A stretch of 63,786 bases of DNA, counting the filler, from Octopus bimaculoides (taxonomy: Eukaryota): NCBI RefSeq assembly GCF_001194135.2. It is 10 parts of 10 records of this genome, joined end to end, with 100 filler letters (N's around TTAATTAATTAA, not from the genome) between each part and the next. Parts side by side here need not be neighbours in the genome. Positions count along the whole stretch, not along the records: positions 9,987 to 18,184 come from NW_026436125.1; positions 18,285 to 35,207 come from NC_068981.1; 8 more parts are not named here. One strand, 5' to 3'. This document shows, piece by piece, positions 11,682 through 26,177 of the stretch. A program made the translations under genes and the position numbers. Under the pieces are notes generated by a model that searched no databases, was not told the DNA's origin, and saw only the letters and a list, made by a program, of their open reading frames with translations. How positions within the stretch are numbered: the first letter of the stretch is position 1; the number at the start of each line of letters is the position of its first letter.

Positions 11682-12442
11682 TCCATTCTCAATATTATCA
11701 TTTACAATATAAGGGAAGATAACATTTCTTACTTATATTCAAATAGAACACATTGTGAATTCCAGTTATCAATTTGTTTATCTCCGCCACGAAGAGGAAA
11801 TAATAGGGGATCTTTTGGTAAAATAAATTAATAACTGATTAGCACGTTATTATAGTTCTAAGTATGACGCTTTAATATCTAAAATAAAATCTAAATAAAG
11901 TTACTAGTTTTANNNNNNNNNNNNNNNNNNNNNNNNNNNNNNNNNNNNNNNNNNNNNNNNNNNNNNNNNNNNNNNNNTACGCCATCTACGATAAGTCTTG
12001 GTAGGTGAAAATCAACTAAAAAAGAAAACCTTACAGTGAAAAAAACCTGTTTATAATTCAAAAGACGATGAAATTAATAGGGAAAGTTTGAAGGCTGTTT
12101 TGNNNNNNNNNNNNNNNNNNNNNNNNNNNNNNNNNNNNNNNNNNNNNNNNNNNNNNNNNNNNNNNNNNNNNNNNNNNNNNNNNNNNNNNNNNNNNNNNNN
12201 NNNNNNNNNNNNNNNNNNNNNNNNNNNNNNNNNNNNNNNNNNNNNNNNNNNNNNNNNNNNNNNNNNNNGCATAATCTATGTACATATTAAAGAGAACAAC
12301 AAAAGTTATAACAGATGGTAGGGTCGGTAGAAGGGAAGAAATATTAAAGTTGCTAGAAACAACAGCCAAATCTCCNNNNNNNNNNAGAAACAACAGCCAA
12401 ATCTCCCTTAAATCACACAAAGTAAACGGAATTTTGCCCATC

Positions 12443-12600
12443 TCTACGTTCTGAGTTCAAATTCCGCCGAAGTCGACTTTGACTTTCATCCTTNNNNNNN
12501 NNNNNNNNNNNNNNNNNGTTGAACACAGGGGTCGATATAATCGACTATTCTCCACCTGCCCGAAGCCTCCCTTGTGGGAAAAATTTAAAATAATAATAAT
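12443..12600 (+). mobile_element. S1 SINE fragment
   Basis: CTACGTTCTGAGTTCAAATTCCGCCGAAGTCGACTTTG. Confidence 0.75.
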
Positions 12601-14500
12601 AATAATGACCTTTGCCGATTAAAGTCCCAACCCACAACTAAGTCTTAAGTGTATATATATATGGGCAACANNNNNNNNNNNNNNNNNNNNNNNNNNNNNN
12701 NNNNNNNNNNNNNNNNNNNNNNNNNNNNNNNNNNNNNNNNNNNNNNNNNNNNNNNNNNNNNNNNNNNNNNNNNNNNNNNNNNNNNNNNNNNNNNAAAAGA
12801 TTGTTAAATTTTCAGATTAACACCCGTACGATTTTCACTACAGTTTTAGAGCTAGGGTTTTAGGGTCAGAGTTAGGGTTAGGTAGGTAATCGTGCGGGTG
12901 TTNNNNNNNNNNNNNNNNNNNNNNNNNNNNNAAAAACTCACAGTTTGTAGGGAATAAATGTTTGTCGATCGTATTTGAAAACGATGCGTCACTATTTTTG
13001 TTGTTGTTATCATGGTGAAGGACGAGTTAGAAATAACTTACAATNNNNNNNNNNTTTTGTTGTTGTTATCATGGTGAAGGACGAGTTAGAAATAACTTAC
13101 AATTTCCGCCAATTAAAATGAGGTATGTATGTATATATGTATGTAGTATGAAAAATGAAACCATTAAAGTGAAACTATCTGTCATTACACTATCAAAATG
13201 TNNNNNNNNNNGAAACTATCTGTCATTACACTATCAAAATGTGATTGTTTCAGTTTTGATATTGAAATAGTTTTCTGTTACCGTCAGTATTTCTCTTTCC
13301 TTTCTTTTTGTATTTGTTGTTGGATTGTTGGTAAAGGTTCATAAGANNNNNNNNNNNNNNNNNNNNNNNNNNNNNNNNNNNNNNNNNNNNNNNNNNNNNN
13401 NNNNNNNNNNNNNNNNNNNNNNNNNNNNNNNNNNTGGATTTTATTCGTTATTAGGAATTATTTTGAGTGAAAAAATGACGCAGTTACCTAACAAATTATA
13501 TTTAGAATATTAATTCCGATTCTTTAATCCAAGAAATTTGGAATAGTGTAAATGTATGAATTTTAAACATACACACACACAGAGAAAATATGCCTTCTAT
13601 AGATAAGATACATATGTATGTATGTGTGTATGTATGTATGCATGTATGTATGTATGTNNNNNNNNNNNNNNNNNNNNNNNNNNNNNNNNNNNNNNNNNNN
13701 NNNNNNNNNNNNNNNNNNNNNNNNNNNNNNNNNNNNNNNNNNNNNNNNNNNNNNNNNNNNNNNNNNNNNNNNNNNNNNNNNNNNNNNNNNNNNNNNNNNN
13801 NNNNNNNNNNNNNNNNNNNNNNNNNNNNNNNNNNNNNNNNNNNNNNNNNNNNNNNNNNNNNNNNNNNNNNNNNNNNNNNNNNNNNNNNNNNNNNNNNNNN
13901 NNNNNNNNNNNNNNNNNNNNNNNNNNNNNNNNNNNNNNNNNNNNNNNNNNNNNNNNNNNNNNNNNNNNNNNNNNNNNNNNNNNNNNNNNNNNNNNNNNNN
14001 NNNNNNNNNNNNNNNNNATACACATACATATATATACATCTATCTTACATAATAATACAATACATAATTACATTAAACAATACAACACAAAACGTATATC
14101 ATTAAATTTGTATACTACATAGCCCACAAATCATAATGTAATGGAAAGCATTTCTTCTTCACTTACATATATTAATATTAATTATTGTGATCCTATAAGA
14201 TGGATTATTTCTTTATTCATTAATTTTATCTTTATATAATGACATATATTATTTTGCCCCACAGATATTAACATTCAGATACTTATAATATACTCAAACC
14301 ATATAGATATTTTATATTATACTTTCTATATAAAAGTACGTTTTATACTTATATATTCACATATACAGAAAAATGTACATATATATAGCCAATACGTTCA
14401 CATATACACACGCATACACCTAAATCCATATACATACTCATAGGTGAATACACCTGTATACATATTGTATATATTCACATGTCCATACATAATACATACA

Positions 14501-14533
<33 letters not shown>

Positions 14534-14543
14534 NNNNNNNNNN

Positions 14544-14576
<33 letters not shown>

Positions 14577-15059
14577 TCTCTCCTGTTCAATATATTCATA
14601 TATATACACACATAGTTATAATCAATATTACTCGGGTATAATTTGTTAGACTTTTCTAAGTAGCCATTATAGTGCTCTTGTTACTTAATATACTTCTACT
14701 ATAATGCCTATTTTCAGCTATTGATTTAAGATATTCATGTATATAAGATTTTAATTTTTAACTGACATGAAATCTCATTTATACCTCACTTAAGTTTAAT
14801 AAATAGATACTTATTTATGTGTTTACATGAAAATACTTTTTCATTTCTCGTGTTAATAAGGTTTCCTTTTCTTTTTATATTTTATAGTTTTCTTCTAAGG
14901 ATAATCTACAGAATTTATCATTAATTTTGTAACTTGGTGCGTGTACTAAAATCTTCCATTTAATTGTGTAGTTAACTTTATTTCTTTTCAATTGCCATAT
15001 TTTGCTTGATAATCATGTACTAATCATTTTATTTTGCGCCCTAAATGTCGATTCATGAT

Positions 15060-15470
15060 TCGCTATGTATCCTTCATGAACATTGGCAAGCAATTAGGAT
15101 GCAGCAAAACGGCTAGTATTCAAGCATAGAAGCTTTACCAAGCTACTGGCCAATACAAAGATTGGCAAAGAACGGGCACTCCGAGAAACACAACAGTACA
15201 GATGGATCGGCGAATTCATAGGCTCTCTGAAGATAACCGAATGCTAACGGCAGTGGACATTTGCAAGCAATTATCTGATGAAACTGACATTAGCTTTACA
15301 CCACAAACTGTCAGAAACCGCCTAAAAGAATTTGGACTGTTNNNNNNNNNNGCTTTACACCACAAACTGTCAGAAACCGCCTAAAAGAATTTGGACTGTT
15401 CGACCGGATCGCTCGAAAGAAGCCGATAATTTCTGAGATGAACCGGCGGAAGTGGATCAAGTTTGCTATA
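15060..15470 (+). mobile_element. Tc1-family transposase N-terminal remnant
   Basis: DRRIHRLSEDNRMLTAVDI..TPQTVRNRLKEFGL..RIARKKPIISEMNRRKWIKFA matches the Tc1 HTH and RKKP motif. Confidence 0.85.
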
Positions 15471-16394
15471 TACATACATATATATAGTTGAAAATTTTCG
15501 TTATAAGTATAAATATATCATCAACAAGTATAAAAAATGGAGAAAAAAGATGTTGGATCAAAATTAGATTTAATAGAAAATTGGATTCAATACATACGCT
15601 CGTTTCGGAAGACAATACAACTATGTAAGATGAAAGTTATAAACATAGTAATTATTATTTACATTTGACGGATATAAAACTGTATAGTAATTATATAGAA
15701 CTGTATTGTAATTATAATTAAATTTATGCATTATCATTCTAATCAGTGTGAGGAATTTTTGGAAGAACATCAAAAATGTTTAATAAAAAATAAAATGAAA
15801 TAAAATAAGATACAATAAGGGAGAATACAGATGGGGTAATAGGGAAAAATCAGATATTTACAAGTAAGTTGTAAAAGGGAATAATAATAATAATNNNNNN
15901 NNNNNNNNNNNNNNNNNNNNNNNNNNNNNNNNNNNNNNNNNNNAAAATCAGATATTTACAAGTAAGTTGTAAAAGGGAATAATAATAATAATAGTGAGAG
16001 AGACGAAAAAGAAAAAGAAAGACATGTCATTGTGTATGCAAGTCTATATGTGCAGTAAACTATAATATAAAAATAAAAATCTAGCGAACGGATATGTTTA
16101 AAGAAATAGTAACAGGTCGAGACGAAGTATAATGTANNNNNNNNNNATGTTTAAAGAAATAGTAACAGGTCGAGACGAAGTATAATGTAAACAAAGCCAC
16201 CTGTTTCTAGTAGAATATAGCACAACCATTTCACTGGTAGAAAAAAAGTCATAGAGAGTTATACGTATACATATTAATATTGAAAAACGAAACAAATATA
16301 TATATTACAAGAGGCATAAAGCTGAGAGACAAGACTAGGTTTGAAAATGATACAATATTTAAGTAAAAATGTACAATATTTAAGTAAAAATGTA

Positions 16395-16815
16395 CAGCCT
16401 TGACACATTTCCTGTGTCCTTATATTTGCGAGGGGGAGACAAACACCCCCACCAAGCCTAGTCTCCATTCAGGGACATGTTTCTGAATCATTGCTTGTCA
16501 TCAGCCTGAAGTAGCAAAACCAGCTGTCTGAAGAAATCTGTCAACCTCTCGCAAATATATATATTTCTAGTGAAAACACATTCACTNNNNNNNNNNTCTA
16601 GTGAAAACACATTCACTGATTACAAAAATTAGAAATGATCTAATTGTAAATCTTACAGAGAGAATTAAGCAGCAGTGTTACGATAAAGCAGTTGTATACT
16701 GTCANNNNNNNNNNGTCAACTTAATGTGACAGTCCCAATAAGGGAATCATACTGCTGCTATTTATCTCTAGGAAGCTAGACCGCTTCCTGTCGGCCTTGA
16801 CACATTTCTTGTGTC
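16395..16815 (+). mobile_element. SINE-like repeat fragments shared with 44670-44830
   Basis: GCCTTGACACATTTCCTGTGTCCTTA..GGGGGAGACAA..GACATGTTTCTGA occurs at 16397, 16797 and 44698. Confidence 0.65.
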
Positions 16816-17639
16816 CTTATATTACACATACAAAGACACACGCACATATATATATATATATNNNNNNNNNNNNNNNNNNNNNNNNNNNNNNNNNNNNNNN
16901 NNNNNNNNNNNNNNNNNNNNNNNNNNNNNNNNNNNNNNNNNNNNNNNNNNNNNNNNNNNNNNNNNNNNNNNNNNNNNNNNNNNNNNNNNNNNNNNNNNNN
17001 NNNNNNNNNNNNNNNNNNNNNNNNNNNNNNNNNNNNNNNNNNNNNNNNNNNNNNNNNNNNNNNNNNNNNNNNNNNNNNNNNNNNNNNNNNNNNNNNNNNN
17101 NNNNNNNNNNNNNNNNNNNNNNNNNNNNNNNNNNNNNNNNNNNNNNNNNNNNNNNNNNNNNNNNNNNNNNNNNNNNNNNNNNNNNNNNNNNNNNNNNNNN
17201 NNNNNNNNNNNNNNNNNNNNNNNNNNNNNNNNNNNNNNNNNNNNNNNNNNNNNNNNNNNNNNNNNNNNNNNNNNNNNNNNNNNNNNNNNNNNNNNNNNNN
17301 NNNNNNNNNNNNNNNNNNNNNNNNNNNNNNNNNNNNNNNNNNNNNNNNNNNNNNNNNNNNNNNNNNNNNNNNNNNNNNNNNNNNNNNNNNNNNNNNNNNN
17401 NNNNNNNNNNNNNNNNNNNNNNNNNNNNNNNNNNNNNNNNNNNNNNNNNNNNNNNNNNNNNNNNNNNNNNNNNNNNNNNNNNNNNNNNNNNNNNNNNNNN
17501 NNNNNNNNNNNNNNNNNNNNNNNNNNNNNNNNNNNNNNNNNNNNNNNNNNNNNNNNNNNNNNNNNNNNNNNNNNNNNNNNNNNNNNNNNNNNNNNNNNNN
17601 NNNNNNNNNNNNNNNNNNNNNNNNNNNNNNNNNNNNNNN

Positions 17640-17828
17640 GAAAGCCAAGCAGTACAGCATGTCGTTTCCAAATTTCTGGCAGAGTGAATTGAGCCGTGGT
17701 TCTCTTTTTCTCACACACGGTGCTCAACTGACCCTACTATACAGTATAGTCCGCAAAATCAAAAACAAAAAGCGCATGCGCGAAATAAAAAATATAGAAT
17801 AGTGACAATTTACCCATCACACTCTGTA
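17640..17828 (-). mobile_element. Possible Tc1/mariner-type DNA element end
   Basis: Terminus rc TA|CAGAGTGTGATGGGTAAATTGTCAC; the other end is lost in a gap. Confidence 0.4.
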
Positions 17829-17899
17829 TATATATATATANNNNNNNNNNATATAGAATAGTGACAATTTACCCATCACACTCTGTATATATATATATA

Positions 17900-18183
17900 T
17901 ATTCTTTTATTCTTTTACTTGCTTCAATCATTTTGACTGCGCCCATGCTGGAGCACCGCCTTTAGTCGAGCAAATCGNNNNNNNNNNCGATCCCAGGACT
18001 TATTCTTTGTAAATCTAGTACTTATTCTATCGGTCTCATTTGCCGAACCGTTAAGTTACGGGGACGTAAACACGCCAGCATCGGTTTTCAAGCGATGTTG
18101 GGTGACACTCACACACAAACATAAACACACACATACACACATATATATGTATACGACGGGCTTCTTTCAGTTTCCGTCTACCA
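17900..18183 (-). mobile_element. S2 SINE (head lost in gap)
   Basis: Matches 50150-50567. Confidence 0.85.
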
Positions 18184-18284
18184 ANNNNNNNNNNNNNNNN
18201 NNNNNNNNNNNNNNNNNNNNNNNNNNNNTTAATTAATTAANNNNNNNNNNNNNNNNNNNNNNNNNNNNNNNNNNNNNNNNNNNN

Positions 18285-18328
<44 letters not shown>

Positions 18329-19696
18329 TTACACACACACACACACATATATATATATTCAATGAATGCAGTTTTATACATGAAATATAGAAATTTAATC
18401 ATTCATAAATCATAGACGTGTGTGAGCCTATTATTATACTCATACATCTTAAATATATTGCTGCAACGTTACACGCATAGCAGACATATATTCTTGAACA
18501 CATAACTTACATATACATTGTTGCGCAGATGTGAATGTTTATGAACAAACGCGCGCACTCACAAACACACACACACACACACACATACGCACACATTTAT
18601 GTGTGTGCGAGTTATTTGTACTTAAGCATATATACATGCATTTATGTGCTTGTGGGTGTGTACACAGAGAAATGCGTATGCAGTACGGGCTTGTCGGTAT
18701 AAGAAATAAATATTTGTAGGTGAAATTCGTATACATATACATATATGTGTGAGCGTGTATTGTATATCTATAGACACTTTTATATATGTGTGCAGGTGAG
18801 TGTAAGTGTGTGTGTGTGAGTGTGTGTGCGTGCGTGTGAATGAGTGTGTTTGTGTAGTTTAGCAAATTATTTTTGTGTGACTATATGCATATATACATAT
18901 ATATATATGAACGTGTGTATGTACGCGAGTGTATGCGTATGTTTTGTATACACTCACACATAAATGTATACAGAACACAAACCACAGACATATTTATGTA
19001 AGAGGGTGTATATGTTCGCGAATATATATATATATATATTGGAAAATGTGTGAGATCCTTGGCATGTATGTATGTATGCATATATATATGCATGCATGTA
19101 TGTATATATGTGTATATATAAGTGTGTATAATTTCTTTTTGTTTGAGATATGAAAATGTGTGAAAGACGGCTACATTAAACTACTTGGAGTTTTAAACTT
19201 CAAAATCTTTATATTTCTATTGTTTATTTTTACAATAAGCGCCATTGTGTTATAGTAATTGTTACCTGCACTAGAATATATTTGCACGTAGGCATATGTT
19301 TACATACTTCGCACCTACATATCTATGTGTGCAGATATGTTTATATGCCCATAATTATAACTGAAGAATTAGACCTGAGCCTCTAATTGTATGTATATGG
19401 GCTGTTTCTAAGAACGTATCAGTAGGGCTGTTGTACAAGTTGATTATAACGTTGTCGGATTTTACTGGTTATTACTTATTAGAAATTGGCGCAATTTAAT
19501 TGCATTTTTTTTTTGGTAACATATGTGTTACATAATAAATGTTGTAATATTAGGAATATATTTTCAGACTATAAATTCCATGTTTTCCCATCAATTCTGA
19601 TAATAACTCCTCTCAAAATTTTGGGGCATGTTTGGCAAGATGGTTTGTTAAGAACTTTGTGATAAGCTATATGTATGTGCGTATTCATATATACAC

Positions 19697-19728
<32 letters not shown>

Positions 19729-19756
19729 GCATATATATATATATATNNNNNNNNNN

Positions 19757-19830
<74 letters not shown>

Positions 19831-20052
19831 CGTGTGTGTGTATTGATAGAAATTATACATATATATATGTTTTTATATACATATATATACATATATATAT
19901 ATANNNNNNNNNNNNNNNNNNNNNNNNNNNNNNNNNNNNNNNNNNNNNNNNNNNNNNNNNNNNNNNNNNNNNNNNNNNNNNNNNNNNNNNNNNNNNNNNN
20001 NNNNNNNNNNNNNNNNNNNNNNNNNNNNNNNNNNNNNNNNNNNNNNNATATA

Positions 20053-20090
<38 letters not shown>

Positions 20091-20860
20091 ATTTTACCTG
20101 ACATTATGTTTAAGTGAGTTATATTGTTTTCTTTGTATTGGAAATTGATGGTAAGTTTTTGTCAGTGTTGATGTCATCATCATCTGAATTTTATCCACTG
20201 GAAACATAATCGCTTGTGTGTAGTTTCTCGATCAGTTAAAAATTGCTACTATATCTCCCTCACTGTAAACTTTATTATTTTAAAGGATGGAGGATATAGG
20301 AGTATACATTTGTATATACGGTTTGCCTACAAATATAAATACGAAAATGTGATCATGCTTACGAATTTCGTAATCATGAGGAAGAGAAAAATTGACTGTC
20401 CTTCCCTCTGTTGAACCAGTAATACTATTACTATAGTTAGAAAATATTAATTATATTTCCATGTTATATAATTATAGCCCATATAGACATTGGATGGCAC
20501 TGGCCTAGTGTCGAAACCATAATGACATGCGTTAGATAGCTGAAGATGAGATTTACACGTATAATTTACTTGTTGAATGTGAATCTTTTGTACAGTCTGT
20601 TCTTATGGTTCTAAGTTACCCTTTATTTGAAAGTTTACTTCTGAAAAGATTAAACATGCTTAGGGAGCTCGTGGTTCCCCGGATCATGGTCCTGTTTTAT
20701 ATATTATAATAAGCATTAATATTATGTATTTGTCCTTCAATGGGATTCCAATTCTGTCAAGGGTAATGTTTGTTTTTCTAGTTTATGGAAATTTTGTTGC
20801 ACATATTCAATTTTTTTACTATAGTAATCCATATGTACAGAACGAAAGAATGTGTGTGTG

Positions 20861-20936
<76 letters not shown>

Positions 20937-21644
20937 NNNNNNNNNNGAGAGAGAGAGAGAGAGAGAGCAAAAGAGAGAGAGCAAGAGAGAGAGAGAGATA
21001 ATGAGAGAGAAAGATTCCAATATTACACGCAGATATACCTATACAGCCACACACCACAGTGTACAAACACACATAGACGCACACACGCACAGGCACACAT
21101 ATTCTTGAAGCACGTATGTGTGACAGTTTGCTAAATTCGTGTTCATTTGCGTACGTAAGAGAACAGAGTTGCGTTCTTGCCTTCCTATACACTATTTTCT
21201 CAATTACACATGCACTCACGCACACATACAATTATTTACATGCATTCTAGAAACATTTTGAAAGCTATGATGCATTTTGAAAGCATCATAGCAGTGCAAG
21301 TGAAAATTTATGTTCATTAAACATGTAAGGAAGTTCCTATATGGTCATTCGATACAGTAGGAACGGCAGCTAAATACATTCAAACTACATCCTACCAGCT
21401 TAAAATTATGTTAAGTTATATTTTAATCATAGATAAATTCTGTTTGAATAAATTTATAAGATGGCCACGTCTAGGGAACTTTCAATTTTAAGTTTTTCTA
21501 TAATAGTTGAGATGACATAAACAACAAAAGGTGTATGACAATTGAAATAGCAAAAAGACAAATTACAAATGGGGATAAGCTTCATAAACTTTCTTCTTAT
21601 TTATCAATCTATGATATCATAACATCTAATAAGGTAGTAAACTA

Positions 21645-21810
21645 GCAAAATCGGTAACATGTCGGGCAAAATGCTTAGCACCGTTTCGCCCGCTTTTACG
21701 TTCTGAGTTTAAATTTATTCAGCCAGAGTCAAGTTTAGCTTTCATCCCTTCCGGGTCGACAAAACGAAAAAAAAAATTGGGCACTGGGGTCGATGTAAGC
21801 GACTTACTCC
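21645..21810 (+). mobile_element. S1 SINE (degenerate)
   Basis: GGGCAAAATGCTTAGC..TTACGTTCTGAGTTTAAATT..CACTGGGGTCGATGTAA. Confidence 0.75.
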
Positions 21811-22000
21811 ATCGATATTATAAAATCTAAAATATGTCACTTCTTTATTCATCCTTGGTGAGTGTAACTTTGTCCAGAGGAATTGATGTTATCAGACGGT
21901 TTCTAGTGATCAATAGTTATTTCGATCTTGAACCGTAACACCTCTCCGTTGATGTGTCAGCAGCTGTGGCCAAATAAATCCGCATCATCCTCTTTCTTAC

Positions 22001-22143
22001 TTCCATCTTGTGCACAGTAACCTTTTGCTCGTTAATTCTTATTGCAATGATTGTAAACATTCTCTGCACTGACTGGGCAGAGACATAATATAACGTTTCG
22101 CAGACACCGCTTCAGAGCAGAATTCTGCCTCTTTATGGAGCAC
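22001..22143 (-). CDS. Candidate 5'UTR/start exon ending ATG GAA|GT (M-E)
   Basis: Acceptor TTATTTTACAG, donor GTAAGA; stops occur in all three frames 5' of the terminal AAG ATG GAA. Confidence 0.3.
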
Positions 22144-22379
22144 CTGTAAAATAATTGATGCCTTTTAAGCTATATGAAGGGCTTCAATCTTTGCTTCAAG
22201 ATAAAACATGATCGAACTCTTTCGTACTTATGTATACCTTACTTGTTTTCTTTTCTTTATTTCTGTTCATTTTATTCATTGCACCCTTTATGTAGTTACT
22301 ATTATCTCTGTTTTGTTTAGTAGATTTTTCATGCTTATGGTATCAAGGCTAAAATTTATTTCCTATTCTGTTCATACAG

Positions 22380-22470
22380 ATCTCGGTATGATGCATCACA
22401 TTTTCTTATAAAAAAATTGCAAAATAAACAACAGCAACTTCTAGACGATCCAACTGGAAAACCAAAATGA
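22380..22470 (+). CDS. Candidate terminal coding exon xSRYDASHFLIKKLQNKQQQLLDDPTGKPK*
   Basis: Acceptor TTTCCTATTCTGTTCATACAG; 30 open codons with protein-like composition. Confidence 0.35.
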
Positions 22471-25400
22471 TAGTACATCAAGTAAATCACATCTTCCTCA
22501 AGGTCTTCAAAACTAGTGTGCAAAAAAGAAATCCGCCATTCGAGACATATAATAAGGTTATGGTTGGTCTGAGGTGATGGTGGGGGATGGTAATGATGAT
22601 GCCTTGTAGTTGAGCTACAATTCAAACATCATAAAGCAACGCAGTTATGACCAAATCACACTCCCTCCATATCACATCATATGTCATTTTTAAGAAGTTA
22701 AGGAGTGGTTTGAGAAAAATTTGACTTCATTGTCTAGCAGGTTGAGCGACAACCATGAAGCACTATTGTTGGCTGGTATATCATCACATATTTTGCTATC
22801 CACTGAGATCTTAATGCATTCTTTTCCTATCAAAGATTGAAAGGTTTCTTGGAAGAATGACTGGAAATTTTCGTTACTTGTATAATCAATGGAGTAGGTT
22901 CTTTATATAGGGGTTCTTCAAAAATCGTGTTTCGGAACTGTCTTCTCTGAATTGAATAAACTTTACAGATTGGTTTTCTTTAATAGGAATACTTTTATTT
23001 TAAATACTATTCAGATTTGAGAAGAGAATTTGTTTGTTTGATCGTTTGAAATGGCAGGATTATTGGCTATTATACAGTAACGGAAATTAAAATTAAAGCA
23101 AATTTCAATTGAAGGTTTACTTGTGATTCGTATGATTAAATTAATTATTGAATAGGTGAATGAGAATCGTAGGTATGACGAAGCTTACATCTAATTAGAC
23201 AAGGCAAAATAAAGTGAGGAGATCGGCATAAATGGATACATGACACTCATCGGTATTTATTTAACTAATTCTAAAGTATATTTAGATTGAGGAATTTTCT
23301 GTCATACTTTTTAACTATGTTATCTATTTTAACTATGATATAGGTATTCATTAATTTTATAAAACTGAGCATATTTGTGGACGTTCTTTTCACTAAAAAG
23401 CTTACATAAATATACGGTTTTCATTCTCACTAAAATCCAAGATTATATTTCAAGTGGTGGCTGTTGTGGTTGCCCCAGTAGATTTTTGGTGTTGCAGTTA
23501 GAGTTCAAGCGATAGAATGACTTCGCATCGAATTGATTTGAGATTTGAAACGTTTAGGAAGAAATTTGCCATTACGTCTGTAACTCGTGATAGAGCACTT
23601 TGAACTATTTACTTTCCACTCGGAATATGATTTCACGTCGAAAAGACTTGCTGATCAATTGAAATCTATATATAGTCCGTAAATAATTCCTTCACATAAG
23701 CTTTTTAGCGTTGAAGTTTGATGGTAAATGCACAGGTACAAAGGAAATACGAAAAGAGGTTTGAAAAGCAGTCCGATTGGTCTTTCTTTTTATGCCTATT
23801 TATATTTTGGTGGGTTTTGACTATCTCGTCGGCAATAATGTTATGACAATGTTGGGTTGTGACAAGGATGTAGAATAGTATTACCCAAATAAATATTTGG
23901 ATATGGTTATCTAGAATAACCTTGAACAAAATTAATATGTTCACACAGAACATAATCTGTAGTACCCCAAATACGATATTAAACCGGGACAGTAATCCAA
24001 CACGAACGATCAACGCTGTCAGTTGTCCGCTGTCAACTACTCTCTGTCCACTTGACAGTTCTTTATGTTATTGAAATGCTTTAGTCCATTTTTAGTTACG
24101 TGGAGGCGGTCAACATCCTTCCACAACAGCCTACAAATTCGTTGCATTTCAAGACAAGATGTTTGCATCTGTCTATGATAAATTTGGGACAAAATCTATT
24201 TAAGTTTGGGAGAAAATTTTTAGGTATAATTTGTAGTACAGCGCTCTATTATTTCACGTGCAGTGTGTCCTTTTTTTATACTTCTTCCCATATAGGATTT
24301 TAAGAGTAATCTGGAAATCGATGACACAGACATGATACTAAAAATACAAACAAAATCAGTGCAGACATGCCTAATGAAAAAACATATTCATACAGAATGT
24401 TCTAATTAAATATAGTAAAATAGTTGTTTGTACTTTTATAAAATATCGCATTCATATTATAGTCACTACCGATATAAGTATAGTTATCTATTGAGATATA
24501 TTACGATAAATATCAACACTATAGAAAGCTAAACAATAAGCTGATGTACGTAAACAAAGATTGTAACTGCGCACCAAATACAATAAAAGTTTAGTTATTG
24601 ATATAAAAGGAATATCTAATGTATCTTCAGTTACATCAATTTTCAGTACGTGCTCCGGTTATTACCAAACCCCATCATGAAATACATGTCGAAAGAAGTC
24701 TATAGAAACTACTAAAAACATACGCAGTAATAAAGCAGAAGTAGAAAGCATAACATCATTTTGTTCAATTTCACCCCAAGAAATATCAAAAATGAAGTTA
24801 ATTTTTTCAGTCCTAATTAAAAAGATAACACGACCCAATCAGTCATATATACTACACATTATCCAATAGATAACGTCAATGTCGGTTACAGCCGAATAAA
24901 AATGTTCAACAGTATAAAAACAAGTAAACCTTAAAGGCTCAGTTTTGACAAAGTCAGGAAAACAAATATAACAGCATTTCAAAAGAGGTCTTACGTTTTA
25001 ATGGAAAATTCATCATCAAGGCAATTATTTACGAAGTGAATGTAAAATTTCAGGCAGATAGGACGAAACAAGGAAAAAAAAATCTACCACTAGTATGAAC
25101 GAAGGTATCTTTAAAAGCTTTTTCGTCAGTCATGAATCTAACTTTTCGAATGACAAAAACGGAAATACAAAAGCCTTAACCAGATATATGCGTTACGTGA
25201 AATGACAATGATACCACAATCAGAGATGTCAAAATACAGTAAAAAAAAAAAAGAAAGAATTTTAGCCAGGAATTTGCAGCAGGAAAATAACTTATTGATC
25301 TACTGAAGGTAAAAGAAATAAGATCATTTTATACCGGCGTTAATTTCGTTAGCATTGAAAAAAAACTCTTTGGTTGATATATCAGGAACGAAAGCGTCTC

Positions 25401-26144
25401 CGGCGATAAACTTGAAGCAATGGAAAAAGTATTTAACTTTGTCACTGGTTCCATGCATATATATATACATTATATAAAGAAAGATAGACAACAATTTTAG
25501 GGGCATGATATATATTTACGTGAGTTATTACATCTAGAGTACTTTACTCTGATTAAGAAGTTGGATTTTAAGAATTTACACTCTTTGAGCAATATCTTAG
25601 TGCCAATTCTAACGTAAGCATCGTCATGCAAACTATACAGCATACATACATACATACATACATACATATNNNNNNNNNNNNNNNNNNNNNNNNNNNNNNN
25701 NNNNNNNNNNNNNNNNNNNNNNNNNNNNNNNNNNNNNNNNNNNNNNNNNNNNNNNNNNNNNNNNNNNNNNNNNNNNNNNNNNNNNNNNNNNNNNNNNNNN
25801 NNNNNNNNNNATTACCGCTCTGTACCCGACTAACGTTCTGCACCAGATTGCTAGTATCCCCAAACAATATATATATATATATATATTATAATTTCAACAT
25901 CACCAACAGGGTAATTTTGTATGTATGCATACGTGCAGATGTGTATGTTTTGTTTTATGTATGTCTTCTCATGCTTATAGTTGTATATCTAGACATGCTC
26001 ATATATATTTAAATGAAAAACTTCTGGAAAGTTTTACAGGTTTTTACAGTTCCATTGACGGCTTGGATCTGTATTCTTCGAATCAGCTTTCTCCTTTCTG
26101 GTTTTGAGAAGCCTAATTCTCAAGAATGGTATTTAAGCAGTGTG

Positions 26145-26177
<33 letters not shown>

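Noticed and set aside
10231-16700. Short direct repeats on either side of 10-N gaps
   Set aside because: Unmerged contig overlaps (assembly artefact), so not counted as tandem duplications
20115-20150. 36-nt AG..GTAAGT candidate micro-exon (xSYIVFFVLEID)
   Set aside because: Weak acceptor, and it introduces a stop in both chains built around it
23705-24060. About 120-codon hydrophobic minus frame
   Set aside because: No motif or splice boundaries; about one such frame is plausible by chance in this much AT-rich DNA
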